A stretch of DNA of 52,677 bases, taken from positions 27,896,887 through 27,949,563 of the forward strand of contig NC_068984.1 in assembly GCF_001194135.2 (NCBI RefSeq), given 5' to 3'. Origin of the DNA: Octopus bimaculoides. Lineage: Eukaryota. The notes beneath the pieces are model-generated. The model saw only the letters and a list, made by a program, of their open reading frames with translations. It did no database searches and was not told where the DNA came from. This document shows, in pieces, positions 13,701 through 25,932 of this stretch (its first letter is position 1; each line of letters starts with the position of its first letter). The translations under genes and the position numbers were made by a program.

Positions 13701-14540
13701 ATACATTGTATAAGCTGAAGGTTCAGAATTCGTTACTCTGAGTTTCATACCCTGGATAAGTATACTCCATAAAAAAATTATAAATAACTGTCTAAGTGAA
13801 TGTGCTCGCATATGCAAGTGTGTGTGTGTACGGCAGAAATAGAAGCAATATATCCTGAGAGTTTTATTCTTAGCAGACTGGTATTCTATTTTATGAGAGA
13901 CTTATCTCTCACTACTACATGTCATGAAATTAGACCTAATTGACATTCAGTGCTCTAGTGTTGCCGAAAAAAAATACATTAATAATTATATCACATATAC
14001 AAGTACACACACGCGCACACACGTCGCGCGCGCGCAAATATAATTGTGTTTACTCATAAAGACAAGTGGTTCCACAGTATAAATAAAAGAACTCAATAAA
14101 AGCAAATTGTATCAGTATTATAATCTCCAAAAGGTTCTGATAATGTCATAGCGTCAAAACAATCTGTCTTTATCTCAACTGTAACAAAATATACATACAT
14201 ATGTATAACCTTTCTTTATTATTATCTTTTATTTGTTTCAGCTATTGCACTGCACCGATGCTGATTCACCAGTCCTAAGTTGATCGAATATATTCCAATA
14301 CTTATTTTTTAATTCTGGTGCATAATCTATCTGTATCTATTTTGATAAAAACCACCAAGTCACAATGATGTAAACAAACGCAAATATAGGCATATGCACA
14401 CACACACGCGCACGAACAGACAGATACACACACACACTCATTAACATACATTATATATGTATGTGTGTGTAGGCATATATACGTCTGTATACATACACAT
14501 ATATATGCGTGTATGCATATATGTGTACACACAGACACAA

Positions 14541-14740
14541 TATTCTTTTCTACTCTAGGCACAAGGCCCGAAATTTTGAGGGAGGGGGCCAGTCGATGAG
14601 ATCGACCCAGTACACAACTGGTACTTAATTTATCGACCCCGAAAGGATGAAAGGCAAAGTCGACTTCGGCGGAATTTGAACTCAGAACGTAAGGACAGAC
14701 GAAATACCGCAAAACATTGCGCCCGGCGTGCTAGCGTTTC
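14541..14740 (-). mobile_element. SINE family A
   Basis: tctactctaggcacaaggcccgaaatt...aactggtacttaatttatcgaccccg...ggaatttgaactcagaacg is collinear with 6877-7089. Confidence 0.92.
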
Positions 14741-14938
14741 TTATTTCTTTATTGCCCACATGCGGCTAAACATAGAGGGGACAAACAAGGAACGACAAAG
14801 GGATTAAATCCATTACATCGACCTCAGTGCGTAACTGGTACTTAATATATTGACCCAGGCAAACTCGACTTTGGCGGAATTTGAACTCACAACATAACGG
14901 CAGACGAAATACCGCAAAACATTGCGCCCGGCGTGCTA
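14741..14938 (-). mobile_element. SINE family A variant with a different 3' tail, directly adjacent to the previous copy
   Basis: Same head and core (aactggtacttaat, ggaatttgaactc), but tail tttctttattgcccaca...ggggacaaacaagg. Confidence 0.85.
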
Positions 14939-15180
14939 AGTTCATGTAGATAGTTAGATACCTGACTACTGATATACATATATACACATAAACACACATG
15001 CATGAATACATATATACACACATACATATACACACACNNNNNNNNNNNNNNNNNNNNNNNNNNNNNNNNNNNNNNNNNNNNNNNNNNNNNNNNNNNNNNN
15101 NNNNNNNNNNNNNNNNNNNNNNNNNNNNNNNNNNNNNNNNNNNNNNNNNNNNNNNNNNNNNNNNNNNNNNNNNNNNNNNN

Positions 15181-15223
<43 letters not shown>

Positions 15224-15259
15224 AACATATTTATATATACTTACATACAAACATGCATA

Positions 15260-16142
15260 CAGAGTGTTTGTGCTGAATTTCATGATTTTTATTTCGCTTT
15301 TTTTTTATCAGGAACTGTTTGATGGGTGAACTGTTAACGGCAAAGGAGAGCATAAAGATAGAAGTTGTAGCTGAGAAAAAGTTTGTTGACATGGAAGACT
15401 GGAAGCCATCTGAATATCGGAAAAGAGTTGCCTGTATCGAAATGATTTGTGCCGGATATCGAAATACCGATATCATGATTACTGTGAAGAATTGCCTGAA
15501 ATCCAAGTGATGTCCCACATATCAGGAAAACTAAGTTCTTCCAAATTCTGACGGTCTTTATGTGTGTCTCCAGTGAAAGTAATATAATACTACTTCGTTC
15601 TTTTGAACAAGGCTTTAGGCTCAATTCAGGCGGCCATGTTAAGTTGCTGAAGACTGTGGTCAAACCGTAGCTGGAGGGGTTTGCTCCTGAAAGGCCATAT
15701 GTGGCAGAAGGTTTCGGTTCCTTGTACCTCCAGAAAAAATCAGAAGTTGTTCTCAGAAAATTTCTACAACTTCACCACTCCCAATTTCTAGCCTGATAAT
15801 TCTCCCAATTGTAATGTCATGGATTAACATGTGTGTGGCATTGGCATGGCTGAGAAAGACATCAACTTCTCTGACTGTAGTACCAAGGCTGAGATGGTGG
15901 TCGGGATAGAGGAGTTGTTTGAAGAACTTTCCAGGGACACATTGAGAAACGCATGCGCTAGGTTCCAGAACCATTTTGAGGTTGTGCTGGAAGTTGAAGG
16001 TGATTACTTTGAGTAAACTGTTATCTCCTAGCCATAATCTAGTTGATACTTCTTTTTATTTTTTATCTTTTTGTTTTTTGGATGGGATAATGTGTGTTCT
16101 TTTCTTATTATGCAAACATTCAACTATAGCCTGAACACCCGA
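15260..16142 (+). mobile_element. Internally deleted Tc1/mariner element, maT/DD37D-like, with degenerate TIRs and TA flanks
   Basis: N-terminus MEDWKPSEYRKRV jumps to KTKF..VFMCVSSE, VKLLKTVVKP, WQKVSVP, F*PDNSPNCNVMD and NACARF..VLEVEGDYFE*. TIR cagagtgtttgtgct vs reverse complement tcgggtgttcaggct. TA at 15258-15259 and 16143-16144. Confidence 0.85.
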
Positions 16143-16223
16143 TACATTCATGCGTAGAAATGTATACGCACATGGATTGTTGGCAATTTTTCCTTATTTT
16201 TCCTTCTTTCTCTTTGGAATTTT

Positions 16224-16260
16224 CTCTTTCTGATGAAGAGCAATGCTCGAAACGTTAACA
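16224..16260 (+). ncRNA. Minimal type I hammerhead ribozyme motif in a dispersed repeat
   Basis: CTGATGA A GAGC aat GCTC GAAA C GTT: intact core, 4-bp stem II, palindromic AACGTT stem III. Confidence 0.7.
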
Positions 16261-16347
16261 ACTCTCTCCTTTTCACCGGACGCTCGGTTTTTTTTCCTTT
16301 TCTTCTCGTGTTTTTAATTGCTTGTCTTTGAATTGACTATGTATGCC

Positions 16348-16423
<76 letters not shown>

Positions 16424-18430
16424 CGTATGTACATGCATACATACATACATACATACATACGTACATACATACACACGTCATACATACATAAATAAATAAA
16501 ACCCTGAATAACTTCGTCATTTATCTATTACCAGCTATTCAGTAGAATTTAATCTTCCTGTTTGTTTCTTTTTCTTTTTATTATTCATTATTTTCTAATT
16601 TTCTATTTCGACGGTAGAAAATATTCTGGAACGTTTCCATATGCCCATTTTAAGTGCTGAAGCCAGTCATGTCATTTGAAACAAACCAGAGATTCAAGTA
16701 CATTACCAAAAAGTATAACCAATTTCATTCCAATAGATGCACACAACCAAAAGAGGTGTTGTTGTTGTTGTTGGCGGCGGCGGCGGTGGTGGTGACGATG
16801 ACAGTGATGTTGGTGTGCTTAAACTATGGCAGTTGGTGAAGTGGATTTTCTTATAACCATATTCATTGTTGTTTTTCTTTTACTTTATCATTTTACCTTT
16901 AGGATATTATTATTATGAAAAATGAACGAACGTCTTGGTACTATTAAAATAAGAATTCTCTGAAGATTTCCTGCAATTCTACGGAGAAATTTTGTAAAAT
17001 AGGTAATGTTGGCAATAGCCTTTTCCAATTCATTTTTTTTATTTCTTCACTGTTTCATGAATACATGGCTGGAGTACTATACACTGTTTTGGTGTATTTT
17101 GTATCTAAATATTATTGTTGCCTACTTCACAGTAAATAGAGTGTTGTGCCTTCAAGCAAGTTAAACTAAGATGAAATAGCATAGCAACTATCAGTGCTAT
17201 TTGTGTTCTTTTATGTAAGATGAAAGAACTAGATATTTTATTTGAATAAAGACGTTTACAGAAATTATATCACAGTCATAAATGATTGAAATTGTTCAAC
17301 CATAGTGTAAAAACTGTCTTAAATAGCCAATAATCGCGTGAAATAGCTACTTTAAAATGCAAAGAAGCGTAATGACAGAGAAGATTGTATAGCTGTTGTA
17401 ATAGTTATAGTTAATTAGTGCTGAATCAGACTGAGTCAAGTAGGCCTATTGTTAATTGCATTAACCCTCATGATTATCACATCATTTTTTATACACTCAT
17501 TTTTCCATGTTTAAAATAGTAGAGTTTAAATGAAGGGAATTTTAATAGTATTTCTATCAGATTGAACAACCTTGTAAAGACTCTCCTAATGATTACAGGT
17601 AAAGTATTGATCTCTAAAATAAGGAATAATCAGTTCATGTAACATTATTGACATTGTTTCCCGGTGGTATGCTACACATTAAGTGAACTGTTGAAAAAAT
17701 AAACAAACTCTCTAGTTATTTGGTAGCAACACAAATAAAGAAGCAGAATAAGAGAAATAAATACAATGTTGTAAGCAAAACTAAATGGGCATTTGTGACT
17801 CATTGTACTGAATCTAAGCTGTCTATCTTTGCACAAGGAGGAATGTGTATCATCAATATACTATATCAAGTAGTATATTGATGAACTAAGGAAGTGTTAC
17901 ATATAATGTTATTCCGCATGTATGTTACCATGTCAAATAGGAAGCCTCTGTGCATTCACTTTCCTTACTAGAAATAGATACCAAATCTCTTTCAAATCAT
18001 TTTTGCTAAAGAATTTAAGGTACTGTTGGATAATATAGTTATAATGAAATTATCGTTGAAAAATGATGGTATACTCATGAGTGGTAAGTTATTGATAATC
18101 GGACAAATAGGCAAGGGGTTTCATTGATAGTCGGATAAATAGACAAAGGATAAATAGACATTGGATAAATAGAGAAGGGGTTACATAGTTACAAACTCTT
18201 CAATGCACCACTCATATCTCCCACAACAATATCCCTATTATGTGGGATTATAAGCTTTAAATTCTAAACGCTTAGCTAGGTATCTCTCAAATAATGATCA
18301 GATGGTTACATGAATAATATATAGAGTGATGTAGAACAGTCTAAACTGATATACTACTGAATTCATATTTGTACACGCCGTTTGTTTGACCATTATATTA
18401 CTTTGTATATTGCTGTCAAGCATTTACACA

Positions 18431-18852
18431 CAACTGAGGAGAACACTAAACAGGTAGGCAGGCCACCTTGTTCAGATATCTGGCATGCAGTTCCCCAAGA
18501 GACTTATTTATAGTGAACTGGTTGATTGAAGGCAAGCAAGCAAGGTGGACATAAAAAGTACTCCAAGGACACATTCAGAGCCTCAATGAAGAGCTTTGAG
18601 ATCAACCCGGACACAAGACAGATCTATCTGGTAAAGCTGCACCAACAAAATTTTCGCCTCCTAGAAACAGAACAGGATTCGTTGGGGCATGAAGAAAACA
18701 CTAACTCTTTGCCTTCAGTTCCTGCAGACCACCTGTGGCAGATCCTTTCAATCATGCATTGGACCGATTGGCCACGGTCAGACGCACCATGCTCCATTTT
18801 CTTCTCCCATGTGTTGTCCTTGGTTATCGTGAACAATGACGAACGAACAAAA
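18431..18852 (+). mobile_element. RTE-clade LINE 3' fragment
   Basis: AGHLVQ..FPKRLIYSEL, GGHKKYSKDTFRASMKSFEINPDT and C-terminal TCGRSFQSCIGPIGHGQTH, with stops and frameshifts. Confidence 0.85.
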
Positions 18853-19352
18853 ATATTGCTTCATTCAAGTGATTACTTCTGTATTTTGGCCTGCATAAAA
18901 GAATAATGAGGTAGAAGAAAAGACCTCGCTTATGTTTTCTGAAAAGAGCTAAGAAAGAAAACTGGTGTTAACAAGACAAACCATTTGTGGACTCTAAGTA
19001 AAACCATCTGAGGTCTGAGTTATACACTTTTAAACCTAGGAAAGTAAAAATGTCTGCAATAAATTTATAGTTCTTTGAAGATTCAAGATTCACAATCAAT
19101 AAATGTATTTTGTAAAGTTTTCTGAATCAAAAGAATCTAGCAACTATGCTAATAGCATTAATAATGAAGTGTCCTACGAAAGAGAAGACAGGGACATTAA
19201 TTGTAGTCAATTTGCTATACTTTTATTTGATTATTGAAATTTCTGAAGACAGTAATGTCCTTCTCTTGGAAGAATTCTTTGGAAATAACATTTATAAAGA
19301 ACAATTTGTTGCTTTAGACTAAATTTTTTTTAAATATCAAAACTATACGGTT

Positions 19353-19432
<80 letters not shown>

Positions 19433-19886
19433 TACATCAAATAAATATGTAATATTTATTCATATGTATATGTGCGTGTATACTTGTGAGTGTTCTGTGA
19501 ATACATATTTGTGTTTGCAAACAACTGTTACTCTTCTAGTAGGTACAATTATTGAGCAGTGGTCATTCTGGAGTACATTCATCAAAATCATATTCTATAT
19601 TCATCTTCCACTCTCTCATCTCCTCTCCTAGTTTTTCTCCCTCTCACTATAAATGTATGTGTTTCTGTGTGTGTACATGTGTGTGTGCGTGTGTGCGTTT
19701 GTGTTTCTGTGTGTGTGCACGCACGCGTGTGTGTACATATAAATGCATGTTTATATATATATATTAGTAAGTCGAGGTTTTATATTGCTTTTAGCTTGTT
19801 GACACCTGGGCTTTAGCTATTTAGTATTACGGTGTCCAGTAGAAGACAGATAACTTGTAAAGAGAATTGAATTTATGGAAACTTAC

Positions 19887-19920
19887 AATGCGATAAAGAA
19901 AAAATTTACAGTTCGTGTCG
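19887..19920 (-). CDS. Candidate small exon (34 nt)
   Basis: Strong acceptor tattttctacag| and donor |gtaagt. Two open frames (TRTVNFFFIA or DTNCKFFLYRI). No homology recognised. Confidence 0.25.
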
Positions 19921-20154
19921 CTGTAGAAAATATATATAAGCTACGTAACAAATATATAACCTATGTTTCAAACAATTCAGTCGTGTAATCATAAATGCAT
20001 GAGCAGTGTTTGTGTTTATTATTTTTTCCCCCTTTTCTTTGTTTTTGGCATGAAAAGCTTGATACTTAATTGTAGCTAGACTTCAGGATTTTATCAATTT
20101 AGTAATTAAACTATTTATGTCCCACTGAAGAAAATCGATTGTAACAGAAAAAGG

Positions 20155-20308
<154 letters not shown>

Positions 20309-20974
20309 ATAAGATTTTTAAGTAAATTGAATTAGTGAAGAGTTTACTAAATAACTGTCTGTCAATATCTGCGAACTTGCAAAATACTTGTTAATAGAGC
20401 ACCAGACACCCAACAAAAGAGTTGGCCATTCATATTTTGTCGCTAATGTTCAGCTGTGCACAGGGCCAAAACAATTATTTACTTCTCGGTTTTTCAATTC
20501 AATTCACTTTTTAATTAAAGATTTCTCAGTTAATTGCTTTGGTCGTATAAACATATGACCAGAACAATCATGGCTGCGAGTTTCAGTCTACGGAGATGTA
20601 AACGAATAGCAAACAGATAGAACAATTTAATGTTGTAAGCAACAACAGTACAGTAAAATGAGCTTCAGCTTGCTAAATTTATTGTAGCCTTGAGTAGAAC
20701 TTGGAGTGAAAATGGCTTCTGTAAACTAACCCTAAAAAAACACACTATTTATAGCGCTATTGTCATCTTTGTAATGTGTACATGAGTGGGTGGATCAGCA
20801 TGTATAATGAGGGTGAAAGTGCGTTTGTGAATAAAGTGGTATACCGTATCTACCGCAACTAAGGCTTAAAAAATTGAAATATACCAAGCTAAAGAACTGA
20901 AACTTTATAATTTGAAGAGTTTCTGAGTTCAACTACGAAGTCCATACCAAATACACTGTGTATTTGTTTCAGAA

Positions 20975-21014
<40 letters not shown>

Positions 21015-21699
21015 GAGAGATCGATCTGCCATGAGATTCTTTATTCAAAGCACTACAATTGTTTTGACTCAACCCGCACCTGTTCCTCGTAGGTGAGATA
21101 CTGTACAACCAATCGTCTTACATCACAAGTGCAGCTTGCATCTCCTCAGGTGACTTTTTAAACAAGTACCTTACTTTTTTCTCTCGCTATTTCACTTAGT
21201 GCTGGGATTCATACAATAGCATTCCTATTTGGTCTCAAACGCTTCATCCGTATTTTTCCCGGACAATTCTCGTTCTTGCTCCTTGTACGCCGCTCTTCCT
21301 CTAATTAAAGTCCGAAACGTTAATTTAATTTTTCTACCCATTAATGCGTTATGCAAATACCTTATTTCTCAAATTCTACTTCCGCTGGGTAATCATTTAT
21401 TGTTTAGTTTATTTACACTTCACTACACTGCACTACACACATACACACACACGCACGCACACACATGTGTTGTACAAAATAAAGCGAGTGTTAAATTAAA
21501 CAAATTGAGTATGTATATATTCAATAACATAAAGAAGAATACCTAACGGGATCATTCTGTAAGATACACGCGCGCGCGCGTAGGACAGAATCTCAATGTA
21601 TTAATATTGACCAAATAACCTTTGATTAACTGAAACTATCCTTAATATTTGAAGAGAACGACTTCTTCAAGGTGTGTTGAGAATTTCAAAAACAAAACG

Positions 21700-22790
21700 A
21701 GAGCAACTCTAATGATAATATCTAATTCAATTTTGCTTTAGAAAATAATTGCCAATAAGAAGCTATGTTGAAAAAAGAAGAAATCTTCGATACCTGATTT
21801 TTAAGTAGCTGAAGATCGATTAATGATAGTATTTGCTGGTAATGCAGTTGTTGACTGAAAGTTAAAATTTGTTTCTGCAGCCTGCCGAAAATCTAAAGGC
21901 AATTAAATGGTTCTTAAAAGCTACACTTCTAGTCTTATAAAAGCAAATAAAAAAATTGGGTTACCGCTTCAATGTTTGAAAATTGGTTTTCATATCACTT
22001 TGTAGCCGAAGTTGAAAAATATCGTGAAGGTAAAATATTCCATTTCATGTGCTACTGATCGCTGATAATGTATCATGTCATCCACAATATCTACTATATC
22101 ACCTCTAAATATTAGATTAATGTTTATACCGTCAAATACAACGTCACTTTTGCATCCAATGGATCATGGTTTTATTGCAATATTTTAAGCACATTATTTT
22201 CAGCACGCATTTGATCACAGTGTTATTGATAAGGAGGGAGACCCAATACCAAAGGGATTTTAGATAATCATTCAGTGATCTGTATACAGTATAACTAATA
22301 AAAAGGAACCTCGAAGAAAGTTACATGGAAAAAAATACGAAAAACGTGTAGAATAAACTCTACCCTCAATTTATTGATAATTTTGAAGAATCCAGAGAAC
22401 CAATAGAGATTGTTCGGAAACAGAAGCGATCGTTGACATTACTGAACTGTTGACCCTTAATGTTTCTACGAATAACATAAATGATGTGCTTCAATCACAA
22501 GACCAAGTGCCCGCAGTGAAGACTTTATTGAAATGGAAGAATGTTATAAAAAACTGCACAACACCTAAGAACCCAAACTCTGTTTACTTTTAAACGGTTT
22601 GATGAAGCCTTTTCCCATGTTCATAATTAATTGATATTTTCTACTCTAAAGATTAAAAAACAGAAGTGACTGCTGAGGTAAATATATCTCACGCTTGCTA
22701 TCGTGAAATTTATAAAGAAAACGTCTGTCAGGGAACCAAGGAATTACAGACACATTTAAAAAGAAAAACAAAGATGATTTCTATTTTAAA
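21700..22790 (+). mobile_element. Decayed Tigger/pogo (DDE_1) transposase
   Basis: VAEDRLMIVFAGNA, WVTASMFENWFSYHFVAEVEKY, VLLIADNVSCHP, LMFIPSNTTSLLHPMDHGFIAIF, SEDFIEMEE and CYREIYKE, in Tigger order with stops and frameshifts. TIRs not identified. Confidence 0.88.
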
Positions 22791-24469
22791 GCCACATCGA
22801 GTGATATATCTAAAACGAGCAGCAATTAGACATCGAGGAATAAGTGAAAAAAGCTACAGAGCTTTAATTGTATATTATTCTTAAATTATTTAATCAACTC
22901 ATTAGTTATTGTTGTTTTATAGCTTTTATATAATACTTATAAGAGATTTTCTTATGCTGAATATCACTAACGAGAAAGAAACACGCGTTTAAAACAGTAT
23001 TTCCACGTGAATTTACCTCTCAACGATCTATCATCGAAAAACTGGAATTTTTTATTGGAAAAGATTGTGTAGCTGAAAAAACTTTTTAAATCTAAGAGCA
23101 TCACCGCACTGCTGAATTCCAGATCTGAAATTTCCAGCAGATGAAAACATATGGAAAAGTTCCTGTTAACGAATTGAAAAATATCACCCTTCCCGAATTG
23201 AGTGGCTGTAACGCAGACTGTAGACCCAGAATTGTTTAGCCTTATCATAACTTTACAGTCAAAAGCGACATAACTCTAATTCGCCCTTTTTGTTTTTCTT
23301 TTTCCTTTTTACCTTTTCCTTTCATTCAGTTATTTTCAACCTTTCCTTGTCAAAGTAAATATAGTACTCTGCTGAAAGTTTTGACAGATACTTCAGTTAT
23401 TGTGAATAGAAATGATTTAACAAAAATCATATATGTATATGTGCATTTGTGTGTGTGTGTGTATGTATGTATGTATGCAAGCATATGTGCGTATATATGT
23501 ATGTATGTAAATATTTGTGAGTTTATGCGCATGTGTGGTCTGTTCGTCTGTATTCCTCGTGAAACTATGAATGGACATGTATCTGAATGTTCAGGACCGT
23601 ACTAGTTGTTTTAGTTCCCTAATTGTACTGGTAGTTTTAGATTTTAACTTTGAAATTATTTATGGGTAGACATGTGCATTTATAGTAGCTTTATCATTGC
23701 GATATCAATATTACTATTAATTAATAAATTGTTACAAAATATGCAAGCTCTCAGATTTATTGAGGACGATATATATATGAATTTGTACCTTCCCTTGAAG
23801 CAACAAAATTGTAATCAAAAGGAAATGACTCTGAACAGGTATCAAAACTAGTTCAAAGATTTATTTGTTATTTTATTGTAGAGGTCATATCTGGTGCAGA
23901 ATTTAATTAATCTCAGGATTAATTGTTCTAGTTCACCATCAGTAAAAAAAAATATCCTCTGGCATCAGAATTGAAAACCAATGAAGACGTAAATACTACT
24001 TGAAAACATGGTAGTCATAATTATCCATTTAATGCAGACCACTAGCTTGGAAGTCGACAGTCCTCCAAGCATTTCCCATCCCCCATTCTTTCTCTTCTAT
24101 GTATTTATTTTTTGATTCCATGGCATGCTAGACAACATTATGTATTTTATATATTTACTTGAACAAAACGTGCTAATTTCCATAGCTACACATTTTTAAT
24201 GTTTTAGATATGTTGATGTTAACACATTTAATGTAGTGCGCCTCTGCAATCTCATTAAAAATAACTATCTGGTGAGTGAAAGGCATAAGGTAATTGACTA
24301 ATATAATTTTAGTAACTTCTAAACTAAAGAGAAATTTCTGGAATGTTTCGCTTATATAAGACCTCATCAGTGCTGCTGCGAAGTAACTAAAAATAGACAT
24401 CATATCATTATTCTTAAAAAAAAACTTGCTATATGCTACGCAAAAGCTAATTCTACCACCAAAATTTTA

Positions 24470-24634
24470 CGAACGTCTTTCAGTTTCCGTCTACCAAATT
24501 CACTCACGAGGCTTTCGTTGGTCGAAGGCTAGAGTAGAAGACACTTACCCAAGGTACCGCACAGAGGGACTGAACCCATGGCTGTATGGTTAGAAAAAGC
24601 AAGCTTTCCAACCATATAGCCACGCCTGCGCCTA
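24470..24634 (-). mobile_element. tRNA-derived SINE family B (CORE-like)
   Basis: Reverse complement: aggcgcaggcgtggctatatggttgg...gggttcagtccc...accttgggtaagtgtcttctact...tggtagacggaaactgaaag. Confidence 0.85.
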
Positions 24635-24635
24635 C

Positions 24636-24667
<32 letters not shown>

Positions 24668-24689
24668 TATAACTGAAGGGCTCTGATTT

Positions 24690-24727
24690 CCAGTACTCAG
24701 AGTTACTCGTTTCCGCTCATCAGCTGG
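24690..24727 (-). ncRNA. Hammerhead-like motif with nearly absent stem II
   Basis: ccag CTGATGA gcg GAAAC gagtaactctga GTA ctgg: 4-bp stem I, core nucleotides and a GUA triplet present; only 3 nt between A9 and G12. Confidence 0.5.
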
Positions 24728-25039
24728 TAAGCCGAGCCTGTCTGAATATTTTTTGAAATATGAAATGAAAGTCTGAACAAAATACTTATCCTTATGTTCT
24801 TTCACTTGAAAACCTTAATGAACGAAATGAAAGTATGACATCGGTACGTCATTCGGTTTAAATGGCAAAAACTGAAGGAACACTTTTGCGACTCTCTCGG
24901 TGGCCATAATTGAGTTCCAGTGACAAGCATTGCAAGATAACTGATGCTATTTTAACTGCAAGTTTGATGTCAGAGTATCTTTTTCCTTTAAGATCTACCT
25001 TCCCAACGGCTTTGTAAAAAAAAACGGGAGCCTCCTCTG

Positions 25040-25080
<41 letters not shown>

Positions 25081-25153
25081 GGACAAACAGACAGGCAGAT
25101 AGACAGATAGACAGACAGATCGATCGATCGATCGATCGATCGATCGATCGATC

Positions 25154-25216
<63 letters not shown>
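25040..25216. repeat. Compound (AGAT)n-(ACAG)-(GATC)n-(AGAT)n microsatellite
   Basis: Direct reading; GATC run at 25118-25156. Confidence 0.95.
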
Positions 25217-25548
25217 GAGGTTAACAGTAGAGACAAATGTTTCTGAATCTGCACACGTCAAATGGCTCTTAAAAATTAGTATCAATAGATTAAGTTTATC
25301 ACCCGGCCGTATTTTGGGGCTTCTCAAATCATGGAACTAATTCCAATATATTGGGCAAAATTTTACTAATAGTTCTGCATAAAACTTCGTTGCCACATCA
25401 ATTTATTTCTAAAACTATGTGCAAAATGATGCAGATTCATCGACAACGCTACTAACCATGTGATTAAATTCAAACTAAACTGCGTGCTGATAATTGTCAA
25501 AACGAACGAACGCCATTGACAACAGCCATCCACGTGATTGGTCTAAAG

Positions 25549-25844
25549 CAGTGTTTCTCAGCAATTTATTTTACTTATTTAACCTCTTTCACTACTGGTT
25601 TACTCGGATGGACCTTTGGACGATATTCAAATATCGGATGGACGATATCGATATTCAAATATTGGATGGACGATATTCAAAAACTATTATATTTTTATAA
25701 TTAAATATTATTAGCAATTGTATAAAAATAATTATTCAAATATTTTGTGTATTGTAGAAGTACAACCAATTTATTTCAGATAAATTTTAACAGTATCTTT
25801 TATGAACCCCTAAGACTCATATGGGCTCCGGTAGAGAACCACTG
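25549..25844. mobile_element. hAT (Charlie-like) MITE with 8-bp TSD
   Basis: TIR cagtgtttctc...gagaaccactg. TSD gtctaaag (25541-25548) and gtctaaaa (25845-25852) fits the NTCTARAN target preference of Charlie-type hATs. Confidence 0.85.
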
Positions 25845-25932
25845 GTCTAAAATGATGCCAGTCAAATAGACAGGAAGACAGCGTTATTAGCCAAGTGACT
25901 AACTCCGAAGGAAAACTATTTGCTGATTTCAG

